From assembly GCF_963921235.1 (NCBI RefSeq), contig NC_086097.1, forward strand, positions 136,526,001-136,590,000: DNA of 64,000 bases. Direction: 5' to 3'. This DNA is from Mobula hypostoma. Lineage: Eukaryota. Position 1 is the stretch's first letter; each line of letters starts with the position of its first letter. The notes beneath the pieces are model-generated. The model was not told where the DNA came from. It did not search any database and saw only the letters and a program-made list of their open reading frames with translations. Positions 38,893 to 51,732 of the stretch are shown piece by piece. A program made the translations under genes and the position numbers.

Positions 38893-39945
38893 TGCTCTCT
38901 ACGCTCATGACTGTGGTGAGCATTGCTCAAGCACCATCTATAAATTTCAAAGTCCAAAGTACAGATTTGTCAGCGTACAGAACCCTGAGGTTTGCTTTCT
39001 TGTGGGCATACTCATAAATCCAAGAACCAATGAAAGGCTGCACCCAGTAAGGTGAGCAAACAACCATTGCGCAAAAGACAACAAACTGTGCAAATACAAA
39101 ATAAAAAAGAAACGAGCTTGGTCCGGAATTGTGACTCTGCCCATGAGGTTTGCTTTTCAGAGATCGTACCTGGACCTCTTGTATCTTGAATGCCGCTGAT
39201 CTGTCCCTTGGCAGACTGCGTGTCTCATGGTTCATCCAGGGCGTCTGGTTGGGGAAGACTGATTTTGTGGAGAGACACTTGTCTATGACTTTTTTTTAAT
39301 AAAGTCCATGACAGGCATGCTGTATTCATTCAGATCTGTTGAGTCCTTGATTTGCAAATGCCACTGGTGTTGGTAAAATCTCAGGTGGCAATGGGGAGGT
39401 GTACGGGAGTGAGGTTGGCTGGTTGAGTGGGGTCACAACAACAACCTGGCACTCAACCTCAAGACTAAGGAAGCGATTATGGACCTCAAGAAGGTGAAGT
39501 CAAGACACGGTACTCCTCATGGAGGTTTCAACGGTGGAAGGGCTGGGCCCAACACACTAAAGCAATCATGAAGAAGGCAAGCTAGCTGGTCTATTTTGTT
39601 AGGAGTGTGAGTAGTTTTAATTGGTGTTTGTTGGAGAGCATTCTGCCAGGTTCCTTGACTGTCTGATATGGTGTCTCCAATGCACTGGATCACAAGAGGC
39701 TGCAGAGGGTTATAGATTCAACCAGCTCCATCACGGGCACCACCCTCCCAACCATCAAAGATATCTTCAAAAGGCAACTCAAAACCAGCTTCCCTTCCAT
39801 CAGATTCTGTATCGTCCATGAACGCAAACTTGTTCTTTCCTTTTGCACTACTTATAAATTTTATAGTGTTTGCATTGTACTGCTGCCACAAAATAACAAC
39901 TTTAACGTCATATAAGGCAGTGATAATAACCCTGGATCTGGTTCT
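38893..39945 (+). mobile_element. Old Rex1/Babar-type fragment interrupted at about 38947-39350 by an opposite-strand LINE piece
   Basis: ctctacgctcatgactgt..ccatctataaattt continues after the insert as gcaaatgccactggtgttggtaaaatctcagg, collinear with 6000-6300. Confidence 0.6.
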
Positions 39946-40630
39946 GAACTATTTTGGCAGGGTCTCGTGTGTTTCATTATTTAACTTTGCATTTACCCAA
40001 GCTGAAATCAACTAGATGGCAGATATGAATGCTTTAATGGGGTGAGTCATTGTGATCTGTGATGTGCTGCCTGAAAAGTTGGTGGAAGCATATTCAGCGG
40101 GAGTTTCCAAAGAGGAAGATCTCATAAATATACTTAAATAGCAGATAGCTCTATGTCTGTGGGAAAGGGTATGGGGCAGACACTAATTAGGAAGTGGATT
40201 TAAAGAACCAGAGCCACTACCAACAACATGCCTTCTTCTTATTGTTACCATCAGTAAGGAGGTAAAGAAGCCTGAAGAGAGACACTCAGTGCTCATGGTT
40301 TCAATATCCATTCAGAAATCAGATGGTAGAGGGGAAGAAGTTGTTCCTGAATCTCCAACCCACTGCTTTAGTTTACTTCTGTTTTGTACTACTTGATTTA
40401 ACTGTTTAATATGCATACTATATAATTCTTTTTTGTATTTACCATGCTTTGCATTGTACTGCTACCATAAACTTAAATTTCACATGTGCCAATGATTTTA
40501 AACCCGATTCTGATTGTTTATTATCATTTTTCAGTGCACATGTGTAAAGGATTCACAGTTGTTACTCTGAATCCAATACAACATAAAAGAACACAACCAT
40601 AAAAATATAATAAGTATAAAAGCAATCCTA

Positions 40631-40937
40631 TGTTGGCGCATGGCCAAGTGGCTAAGTCATTGGTCTAGTGATCTGAAGGTCGCTAGTTCGAGCCTCAGCT
40701 GAAGCAGCATGTTGTATCCTTGAGCAAGGCACTTAACCACTCATTGCTCTGCGATGACACCGGTGCCAAGCTGTATCGACCCTAGTGCCCTTCCCTTGGA
40801 CAACATCGGTGGCGTGGAGAAGGGAAACTTGCAGCATAGGCAACTGCCGGTCTTGCATACAACCTTGCCCAGGCCTGTGCCCTGGAAACTTTCCAAGGCA
40901 CAAATCCATGGTCTCATGAGACAAATGGATGCCTATA
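40631..40937 (+). mobile_element. tRNA-derived SINE with CORE-like central domain
   Basis: A box TGGCCAAGTGG (40641-40651); B box GTTCGAGCC (40686-40694); CORE-like ccttgagcaaggcacttaacc; 7-bp TSD aatccta (40624-40630 / 40938-40944). Confidence 0.85.
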
Positions 40938-41319
40938 AATCCTACAAAATGCAATGTAAAAGTAATTGAGTGTGATTTTATATACACATTTTTTTGTATG
41001 TAAATAAAGTGACTAGGTGCAGGCATATATAAACACAAGGTGACTGACAGGAGGTGATAGAGACAAAGTCACTCTTCCAGGTCATATCAGGGAACATGAA
41101 ACGCGATAGGGCAGTGTCAGTGTAGGAATGAGATGCAGAGTGTAAGCATAAAGTGGCAGTGCGTGGGGGATGAGGGTACTAAAGTGCAGTGGAGAGTGGC
41201 TGATGTGGATGTTTAGGTGGTGGTGGGGTGTGTTAATGCGTGGAGGTGTTGATCAGCCTGACTGGTTGGGAAAAGTAACTTTTTGAGTCTAGTGGTACTC
41301 AGTCCCTCATTAAAGAGCA

Positions 41320-41700
41320 AAAGACATGGGAGCAGAATTGGATGATTTTTTTTTTATCATGGGCCCCTTGAATCCATACTCCAAATGCCCTTGATAATCA
41401 AGAACCTATCAACATCTGCTTTAAGCATACCCAATGACTTGGCCTCTACAGTTAACAATGGAATGAAATCCACAGTCACTACTCTCTGGTTATAAAGAAG
41501 TTCCTCCTCATCTGTTCTAAAGGTATGTTCTTGTATTCCGAGACCATGCCGTCTGGTTCCAGACAATTCTGAAAACATCCACTCCATGTCCACTCTAATC
41601 TAGGTCTTTCAATATTCAATAGGTTTCAATGAGATTTCCCCCCCCCCCCCAAGTTCTTCTGAACTTTAGTGAGCACAGACCCAGACCCTTCAAATACTCT
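41320..41700 (-). mobile_element. CR1 LINE 3' fragment
   Basis: Minus ORF ..NQRVV..VEAKSLGMLKADVDRFLI. Confidence 0.7.
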
Positions 41701-44700
41701 AAGTGCAGGTTATCTGGTCAGTGATAGTGCCGGAGTCCAGGAACGGGGGCATCTTAATTCAGCAAGATGCCTGTGGTCTAGCTAACTGTGGCAGTTTAGT
41801 GTAGCCTCCTACAGATGTTGTTAGATGACCAACAGCTGTTAACCTGCAGATGCAGTTGCATTGTTCTCTCCTAACGATGCATGATCTGCTGATCCAGAGT
41901 CCTGATGCAGGGTTTTATTCAAAATGTTTATCATTCTTTTTCCTCCACAGATGCTGCTGGACCCGCTGAGTTCCTCCAGCAAACTGTTTGTTGCTTCAAA
42001 TTCCAGCTTCTGCTTTGTGTCTCCACGACTAGTGATGATCAGCTCAATTTCTCTCCTGCAGATGCTGCCTGACCTGAGTGTTTCCAAAATTCCGTTCTTA
42101 TTTCAGCATTCCAGCAGTGTTTTGCTTTGGGATTGGACAATGGTTGCGATCACAAGCTGGGCTTGTAACAAGCAAGCTTTGAATTGTCTCCTTGTGATGT
42201 TGGAATTGTGATCATAATGTGATAGAATTGGGGGCTGAGCTTAATAAGTGGATTCCCCTCTCCTATGGTCTGGGCTAAACTGGTGCCAACAATTTAGTGC
42301 ATACCTGAAATCTTTAATGGCTCTACCACCACACTCTAAGTTGATAAATCCACATTTTAAATAAAAGGAGCTTTGGAAATTCCTTATTTTTTGAAGTAGA
42401 TACTCAGCTAAACCAGATATCGATATGCAATTGCTAAAGAACAGATTAGCATATTAAATGATGGGAAATGGACTTTGACTCTACAATACTAATGCTTCAT
42501 AGTACAGTCTTGCCCTTGTCAAGATGCAAACAGTTCATTGAACTCAGATAAAGGTTTGATTGTAATCAAGGAGTACTTAACATTTACAATGGAGCCTTTA
42601 TTCCAATTTGTGATTCAGTGACGAGTGGTTTCTGACCAGCGCATCAAATCCCATCGTTCTTGAGGCTTCAGTTGGCCACAGCTGACGGAGACTGGTGAAT
42701 GCTCGGACATTGTCCAGGAAATCTGACCTCTGGGAGACTCCAGCACGGTGGAAGTGTGCTGCACAGGAAAAGTCTGGGTCATCTGTTGTGAATAGCAACA
42801 AGGTTGTGATACCCAGTGCTGTCTTGTGAGGTACTTTCCCCTCCCCCATCACCATTTTGGGAATGGGGAAAGTAGAACAGAGAGAACTGTGTGTGCAGTG
42901 GTAAGAAAACATGGAAACATTCTCTTCTACCTTCCCGATTCTTTACGAGTGGAGATATTTTTCATGTGCTGGAGGTTCCTGATGAACTTTGGCCCAGTAG
43001 CCGAACTTAACCATTCACAGTGCAGATTTCTCTTTAAATGGTCACGTCCCATTTAGGATTATATACATCAGCCAGATCAGATAAGGATGACAAATACTCT
43101 TCCCCGAGGGACTTCAGTGAGCCAGATGAGTTTTACAACAATCCAGTTGTTTTAAGTTTAGATGTCCTGAGACTAGCCTTTCTTTGAAGTTACAGATTTT
43201 TTTAAAAAAAACTGCAGAGATTGGAACCTGAGACATTGGCTGTGTTTCTTTTTCCATGGAGGCTGTTTGATTTCTTGAGTGATTCCAGATTTGGGTGGTT
43301 AAATAGTTCAGCTGTCTTGGTAGTAGGCACCTAACTCAGGTAGTGATTGAACTTTGTAACTGCCGACTCACTCTTCATTGCCTTTGTTCGGGGATGAACG
43401 GGTGAACAACACATAACAGCACTGTCTGCAAACGAATAAGGTGATCTGACATTTTATAAAGCAACTGGGCACCTCCTGGGTTAATCTCATTTTTTCCTCA
43501 TGAGAAAAGCTCCGTTTAGATGTCAGACTTGCTAGAGAGGCTGGCTTTGTTTTCCTTGAGCTGAAGCAGGCAATTGATAGAAGTATACAGAAATAAGATG
43601 CATAGATAAGATGGAGCAGTAAGGAGCATCTGCCCATAGCAGGGGTATCAAAGACTAAATGGGATCGGATTAGGGTGAGGAGTAGGGTGTTAGAGGAGAT
43701 CTGAGGAAGAGATTTTTTTTAAATCCGGAAGGCAGCTATAATCTGGAACGCACTGCTTGAGTGGGTGGTGGAGACAGAGGATCCTCCAGTGGGTTAAGAG
43801 ACATCTGGATAAGCACTTGAATTGTCAAGGCTGGCAAGTGGGATGGGATCTTGATGGTCAGCATGGATTTGGTGAGCTGACACAGTGATTCTAAAACAGA
43901 TGTGCCTTGTGTTTAACTCCTCTTAATCTCTTTTTAAAAATCTGTACTATCTCATTTCCAACCTTCGTGCAAGTAGACCCAGCCTTTTATTATTTGTTCA
44001 AACAAAAACCTCACGTGATGTGACCCCTTCTATTAAATCTCTCCTTAAGCTGCTGTGGGGATACAAAATGCTGATGTGATATTTCTGGTTGAGAACACAA
44101 CTGTCCCAGGGCATAACCGCCAGTGCAGGAGTCTGTGTGTTTTATTATGTTGCTCCATCCCAAAGATAATGTCATGACGGTACAGTGTCTCCCACAAAGA
44201 AGTGTGGACTTTGACCTGCAGGGCAGGTTGTGCAAGTTCAGTTGTTTCAATGGAGATACAGAGAACCTTTTGTTGATAAAATACGAAGCACTGGAACAGC
44301 AAGCAACTGAAGATAAACCTGTTAAATGACATGAGTCCGAGTATTGCTGAGCTGTTCTCCATTATCTGGTAGTAAGCAAATCTGGCTGCTCTCCTTTCAA
44401 TGGATGACCTGTTTGACATGTATGGTGAGGTGCAGATACAATGAAAAGTGTGCTGTCCCAGGATGCAAACACCAGTGCAGTAGTCTGTGTGTTTTGTTCT
44501 ATCCCAGAGGTGTCACCATAAGGGTACAGTGTCTGACACTGAAGTTATGTGGATTTGCATAGAGGTAGGGACTACCCTGACCAGATTAACCTTGGATTAG
44601 TTATAGGGAATGGAGATGTGTTTGAAAGAGCTTGTCATTGAGATCAGTAAGTATTAGTTTGGTCATTGGACTAGTGAGCCAGGGGCCTGTATTAATGCTA

Positions 44701-46309
44701 CTGCAGGCAGGAGGTACAGAAACCTGAAGACCCTAATCCTGGTCTGACCTGTACAATCCTAACCCTACCTCAGCAACGGGACCCCACAGGCCACCTCTTG
44801 CACTTCATTGTCATTTTTTTTACTCTAAGGTCCTGTACAGTTTTGCTTCACACTGTATTGTACAATTTTGTGTGTAATTTTGTATTGTGTTGTTGGTGCC
44901 TATGTGCTTGTGGTGCTACCTTCCAAGTACATTATCAACACACTGTCCTCTGCCTCTCCATTTACACAGCTAAACTTGCACAACCTCTATCCAAGAGGTC
45001 AAAGTCCACATAACTTTAATGTTAAACACTATACTTTTTATAATGACACGTTTGGGATAGGGTAATGTGTTAAATACAGACTCCTGCACTGCTCTTTGTA
45101 CCCTGGGCAGCAAGTTTTCCCATGTACCTGCACCTCGCTATACATGTACACGTGATAATAAACTTGACTTGCTCCAGGGATGCAAGCTTAGTTCCCATCA
45201 CAGCAGCCAGGGAATGGAATTCAACTAATTAATTCAATATGGAATAAATCCAACTTAAAGACAATTGGTGCTGACCTGCTAATACCAGTCTGGATGATTC
45301 CTGCATCCCTGAATCAGCACAAAACAGATCCCAAGCTTGTGAAATGAGCAGGAAGTTTCCCTGTGCCAACCTCAAGATTTAGTGACTCCTGCCAGATAGT
45401 GGACACTCAGCAGTTGTTTATTAATAGTCTGTTGTTGAGGGTATGCGGTATGAAATGACTGGGAGACGAGCTCTGCATTCCAGTTGTCAGAGAGCAGACG
45501 GCTCTAGTGGATGCATCGGAATCTGTACTTCCTTCCCCAGTGTTGTGTTTCCCTGTGGCACAGCTTGTGAAGCAACGGCTGTCATTGTGCTGTGCTCTGT
45601 GTGTAGGTTGCTCAGTGCCCCCGGTCCACATTTCTACTCCTTAAACTTTTTTCCATCCCTCTGCTGTTAAGAAGTTTTGATCTGTCCCAGCTTTCATCTG
45701 GCGTCCATCACTTCCGCTTTGGCCTTGCAGTCTTGGCAGTGTAGAAGCCAGAGTGTGAGAATGTCAACGTGCTAATGAAAGTCAGACAATGGCAGTGTTG
45801 GGAAACAGTCTACATTTCCGGGGCAGCAAGTTAACTAAATTGACACACCGCATGGTTTCACCAAGAAGACTAGTACCTCTGTGTCTGAGCAGATCAGAGT
45901 TTTATGAAGAACTTTGTTGAAAGCAGTCCTTGTTGCTGTGTAGGAAGTTGAAATATTGACTCCCACATCCAAAGACAGTGATATAATATTGTCAGTGCTG
46001 GAATCTGTGGCGACAAACAAGATGCAGTGTGTGTGGCCCTTCATTTTCTCCACCTACAGTATCACCTCTAAACCTCTGTCACTATTTCCACTTTTCCCTC
46101 ATCCATTCGTCTGTTGCCCCTCTTTAGCTTGTGTCCCTTTAGAACAGAGATGAAGCAGCATTTCTTTAGCCAGAAGGTGGTGTAGCTGTAGAAGTTCTTG
46201 CCATGGCCAAGTTATTGGGTACATTTAAAGTGGTGGTTGATAGGATCTTGATTACTAAGAGCGTCAAAGTTTACAGGGAGAAAGCAGGAGAATGGCACTG
46301 AGAGGAGTT

Positions 46310-46595
46310 CTCTATTTATTGAAATACACCACGGAATAGTCACTTCTGGCCCTTCAAACCACATTGCCCAGCAATCTCCAGATTTAATCCTAGCCTAATC
46401 ACAGAACAATTTACAATAACCAATTAACTGATCACCCAGTGCGTCTTTGGACCATGGGAAGAAATTGGAGCACCCGGAGGAAACCCACGTGGTCACGGGG
46501 AGAACGTACAAACTACTTACAGGCAGCGGTGGGAATTGAACCTGGATCGCCTGTACCGTAAAGTCTTGTGCCCACCCCAGTGCTAACATGCCGAC
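46310..46595 (-). mobile_element. V-SINE (HE1-like) inserted in a CR1 3' fragment
   Basis: Minus-strand B box GGTTCAATTCC (46532-46542) followed by V-domain-like gttctccccgtgaccacgtgggtttcctccgggtgctcc. Confidence 0.8.
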
Positions 46596-47644
46596 CAAAT
46601 GGTAACAATAAATGAGGCATGGTGGAGCAGACTCGATGGACTGAATGGCCTAATTCTGCGCCTGTGTCTTAAGGTCTTGTGGTCTTATCTGGATTCACCT
46701 TTTGCATGCCAGCTCTTGTGTCATCCCTCTTTACTGGCTGTCTTCTTTCTACTCAATTATTCAATCCAGATGATTCAGTCCATTCTATAAGAAGTAATGG
46801 AAGCAAAGCACAGTAAATTATAGGTCAGTAACCTTGCTTCAGCAGTGGTTGGTAAGATTTTAAAGTTGATAAGATTACAGGGCACCTGGAAACACGTGGT
46901 CAGATGCACAAAATCAGCATTCTTTCCTTAAGGGGAGATCTTGCCTATCAAATTGGTTGCAATATTTTTTTTGGGAGATGGATGCTTTATTGATCCAAAA
47001 GAAAGTTAGTGTCACAGTAGTATTACAGTACACAGATATACAAATATTGGAAGAGAAGAAAGAATAAAATAAGTTACCTTAACGATAAGATGTACAAGGT
47101 TTGCAAGTCAAAGATTACAAGATTTACAAGTTCACACTGATAAGATGGTAGTGTAAGAATTACTGTAATATTATACAGTAATGAGGGCCTATTCACACTG
47201 TCCAGATAAGAACTGATGGTAGTATTGCACAGGTGTCCACAATAGCAGGCTGTGGTAAACAGAGCTAAAAAGAGCTTAAACGGAGTTCTGGTAAACAGGT
47301 TAATAAGAGGAAGTAACAAGCAGGACAGAAAGCGTCAGTGGATGTTTACTTGAATTTTCAGAAGGCCTTTGACAAGTTGTCTAATTCTGCTCTACTGTCT
47401 TGTATGCCTAAAACATTGAGTACAGCATGGAGCTGTTGGTCATGACTCTTGTGCTCCAGTATCCAGATTGGGTTCAAAACCCAAACTGTGGGATGAGAGT
47501 GTGCCCCTCCGAGGCATAGCTGTCCGTGCACTGCATGTTATCGTACACCACCCTCAATTTGGAAGAACATGAAAAAAAAATAAGTTAAAAGGTTGACCTG
47601 AAGCTAATTGTGCACTTATCAACAGTGTGATCAGTGATGTAGAC

Positions 47645-48499
47645 CAGTGGTCCCCAACCACCGGGCCGCGAGGAAACGATATGATTTGGCGATAGGAGTC
47701 AGCTGCACCTTTCCTCGTTCCCTGTCACGCGCACTGTTGAGCCATTACGCATGCGAGGTCATTACCCGCGCGTCATCCATGTCGGCGTGGGAAGATCAAA
47801 TCCTCGAACTTGCAAATGACGGCGGGATGAAAAGTATGTTTGACATAACATCTCTGCCGGCATTCTGGATCAAAGTCAAGGCTAAAAATCCTGAGATAGC
47901 CACGAAAGCACTGAAAATGTTGTTTCCATTTCCAACATATCTCTGCAGTGAATGCAACGAAAACTAAATTGCGGAATAGACTGGACATAAGGAACTCCCT
48001 TCGAGTATCGCTGTCTCCCATCACCCCTCGATAGGACCGACTTGTTACAGAGAAACAAGCCCAGGGCTCCCACTGATTCAGCGATATTGGTGCGTTGCAA
48101 TGATTTTATATGTTCAAACGGGGAAAATATGCGCTGTGTGTTTAATATTAAATTCGTTAGATAAACCCTTTTAGAAACGAAATTGAGTGTATTAGCCACT
48201 TATCAGCGACATTCTGGTCGTGATTAACAACCCCCCCCCCAACAGAATCGCCAAAAAGGATTTGCAGAGAAAAATAAAATCAGCTGGTGACGACGCGCAT
48301 GCGCACTTGTGCCCGCGCAAGGCTTCATGGTCATTGTAGTCTTTCTCTAGGTAAACACAAGGTATTTGCCTGCTAGTCTTGCCTGTTGGCAACCCTACCC
48401 TCTCCCCGCAGCCCCCCCCCCCCCCCCGGCTTGGCCGGTCCGCAAGAATATTGTCAATATTAAACCGATCCACAGTGCAAAAAAGGTTGGGGACCCCTG
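47645..48499 (+). mobile_element. Non-autonomous hAT transposon (Buster/Charlie group), 855 bp
   Basis: TIRs cagtggtccccaacc / ggttggggacccctg. Perfect 8-bp TSD atgtagac (47637-47644 / 48500-48507) with central TA. Transposase C-terminal remnant FWIKVKAKNPEIATKALKMLFPFPTYLC..TKLRNRLDI..KQAQGSH*. Confidence 0.95.
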
Positions 48500-49374
48500 A
48501 TGTAGACTAACTGGTAGCTCAAGATCAAGTTGAGATGTTTAATGCCCTCTTAAATTAGTCATCAGCCCTGGTGGTAATAAACAGGAGTGGGTGGTTGGGT
48601 TAATAAGAATGCACTGTCATTAAACCGTGAACCAAAGTTTCAACTTTCTAGTTGATTCCCTGCAACCAAGAAAATGTTGTGACCTTCTACATTTTCAGTC
48701 TGAGAAGGGAGAACAATGTTCTTCTAAACCCTGGGATTTGAGTTGAAGACCAGGCCAGCCTGTTGAACTGTTTGTGTTCAGAATGCATTGATGTGCAACA
48801 TGTGTATATCCCAGAGGTGAGGGTTCACTTACAAGGCAGCCAGTAACTAATTATATGTTGTCTCTAAGCTCTTGGTGCAAAACAGAACATCTGTAGAACT
48901 GTTAACTTGCTTGAGAAGCAGACACTGCACGTGACTGCTTCCCAATTGGATTACAATATAAATACAAAGATTAATGGAATAAGCGCATTATGCCCTTAAG
49001 TATATTATATTCTGCTCCCATTGTTTTGAGTCGGTAAAATACCAGCAACTTGCTATTCACATTTAACTTGCTGCAGCTATAAAATAAAATCCAACTAGTT
49101 TTGGGAGTCTTTCCTAATTCTCAACATCAAAACCTAGGTCATGTTTAGATTGCAGTTCTGGATAAGAACTCGGGCCAAGTTCTGTTTCTTTGTCGCATTT
49201 GGTCAGAGTGGGACCCAACTTGTAGTGCTCCGTGATGTGACGGTTCTCCATTCAGACTTGGTTCATCTCTAACAAAGGTGATTTGATCAACTTCAGTTTA
49301 CGCTTTGTTTTGAAATGGAAGACGATGAACTTGTGAAGTTAACCCTTGCTTTGGTCATATGCATTTTGGTCAAA

Positions 49375-49752
49375 TTTAGAAACATTTCGAATGTTGAAAG
49401 GCATGGACAGAGTGGATGTGGCAAAGTTGTTTCCCATGATGGGGGAGTCTAGTATGAGAGGGCATGATTTAAGGATTAAAGGCTGCCCATTCAGAACAGA
49501 GATGTGAAGAAATTTTTTTAGCCAGAGGGTGGTGAATCTATGGAATTTGTTGCCACGGGCGGCAGTGGAGGCCAAGTCATTGGGTGTATTTAAGGCAGAG
49601 ATTGATAGGTATCTGAGTAGCCAGGGCATCAAAGGTTATGGTGAGAAGGCGGGGGAGTGGGACTAAATGGGAGAATGGATCAGCTCATGATAAAATGGCG
49701 GAGCAGACTTGATGGGCCAAATGGCCGACTTCTGCTCCTTTGTCTTATGGTT
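49375..49752 (+). mobile_element. Young CR1 LINE 3' end
   Basis: gagagggcatgatttaaggatt..aattttttt agccagagggtggtgaatctatggaat..ctgctcctttgtcttatgg. Confidence 0.85.
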
Positions 49753-49904
49753 CTTTCCCTCTGGCACCATAACGATGTAAGTTGTGTGACCGTGAGAGAG
49801 CTGTGGAGGGAACTGCAGAGCAGTGGAATGTCTGAACACTGAGGCTGTTCATTTGGAAGATTTGATGAGACCAGCTGGAAGCTCAAAGACATCTGCTGAT
49901 TTTG

Positions 49905-50725
49905 GACCAAAGGCAAGCCATGGGCCATTTGGTCCATTGTGTCTGCTCTTGCATTCCATCATGGCTGATTTATTATCCTATTCCTCTCAACCCCACTTTC
50001 CTGCCTTCTCCCTGCAACTTTTGATGCCCTTGCTAATCAAGAACCTTTGTAAGCATTAAATATTCTGAATGACTTGGCATCCACAGCCATGTATAGCAAT
50101 GAATTCCACAGATTCACCGCCTCAACGTCCCTCACTACAGGAAACACCCTCGCCCCATCCACACTATTTATGCCTTGCAATATTTGATAGGTTTCAATAA
50201 GATCCCCACCCTCATTCTTCTAAACTACAAGTACAGGCCCAGAACCAACAAATGCTCTTTATACAATAAACCTTACATTACTAGAATCGTTCTCATGAAC
50301 CTCCTTTGGACCCTCTATTTCTTGGACAGGGGTTCAAAACAGCTCTCAATACTCCAAGTGTTGTCTAATCAATGCCTTTGTAAAGCCTCAGCATCACATT
50401 CTTGCTTTTTTTTTATTCTAGTCCTCCAGAAATGAATGCTAACAATACATTTGCCGCCTTTACCACTGACTCAATTTACAACATTCCCTAAAGGTTAACC
50501 TGCACAAGGGCTCCCAAGTCTCTTTCCACCTCTGATTTCTGAACATTCTCTCCATTTAGAAAATAGCTTATTCCTTCTACCAAAGTGCATGACCATACAT
50601 TTCCCAATACTATATTCCATCTGTCTCTTTGCCCATTCTCCCAATCTGTCCAAGTCCTTCTGCAGACCCCCTGCTTCCTCAACACTACGTGTCCGTCCAC
50701 CTACCTTCGTATTGTCTGCAAACTC
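49905..50725 (-). mobile_element. CR1 LINE 3' fragment
   Basis: Minus ORF FADNTKVGG..LQKDLDRLGEWAK..KCMVMHFGRRN. Confidence 0.85.
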
Positions 50726-51509
50726 TTGTCCCTGACCCACTTGCATCTAAGGGCCTTGTTGATGGGAATAGTACTCTCAGGTCCATACTACTCAGTACCA
50801 GAGTTTATCATTACTGCAGGAACTTCACATGATTTTATTTCTTAATGGTTAGTGGACATCGTGTGGGAAGAAAGGGTTTGTAGAAATGTACAGTATAAAG
50901 CACAACCCCAGTTCCACCCAGTAACCTTGCCAAATTACAGAGGACTTGCATATACGAACTTTTAACTACAGTTGGCATTAGCTCCTCAAGGAATATCCAA
51001 GTAACATGAATTCCTTCAGTTGCACTGCTATTTTGATCTGCATAACCCCTCTCCATCATCCTCCATCTATCAATTCCCATCCCCGAGTGTGATTTCTGCT
51101 TCCCTTGAATCTCTCCATTTGCACTACCTTGTAGGAATAAGCTCTTCCTCCCCCTCACTCCCTGGGACAACTTTTCTCCTCTTTCCCCACGGAATATTTA
51201 GGACCTCTAATACCAGCTTTCCTCACAACAGGAAACATCCATTGCCAAGCAACGCACACAAGATGCTGGAGGAACTCAGCAGGCCGGACAGCATACGTTG
51301 GGGGCGGGGGGGGAAGTACAGTTGATGTTTCAGGCTGAGACCCTTTGGAAGGACCTGCAGATTTTCTCTTGTTTATGATGTCCATTGCCATGATTTTCCT
51401 TTACATCACCACTCTTTCTACCTTTTCCTTAATGGCATTGCATTTCCATGGATAGCACTGCTGTTGTGGTATCCTCCCTGTAGGTCTCCAGTAGGTTCAT
51501 TTTTTATTT

Positions 51510-51732
51510 TTATTTTAAGATGCCACATGGTAACAGACCCTTCTGACCCATCGAGCCCAAGCTGCCCAATTACACCTGTGTGACCAATGCGCCTACGTTT
51601 TTGGAATGGGGGAAGAGCCCCATGTGGTCATGGGGCAAACGTGCAAACTCCTTACAGACAGTGGTGGATTTGAACCCAGGTTGCTGGGGCTCTGATTGTG
51701 TTGCATTAACAGCTATGCTACCATGCTGCCCC
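51510..51732 (-). mobile_element. Second, more decayed V-SINE (HE1-like) copy
   Basis: Minus B box GGTTCAAATCC (51666-51676); similar to 46310-46595. Confidence 0.7.

Noticed and set aside
40631..40705. tRNA gene
   Set aside because: The A and B boxes belong to a SINE head that continues into a CORE-like body with a TSD; I see no convincing cloverleaf.
41898..41935. Additional active hammerhead ribozymes (also near 2797, 20490, 30460, 51330)
   Set aside because: Core nucleotides are mutated in each copy; they are treated as decayed pLTRs.
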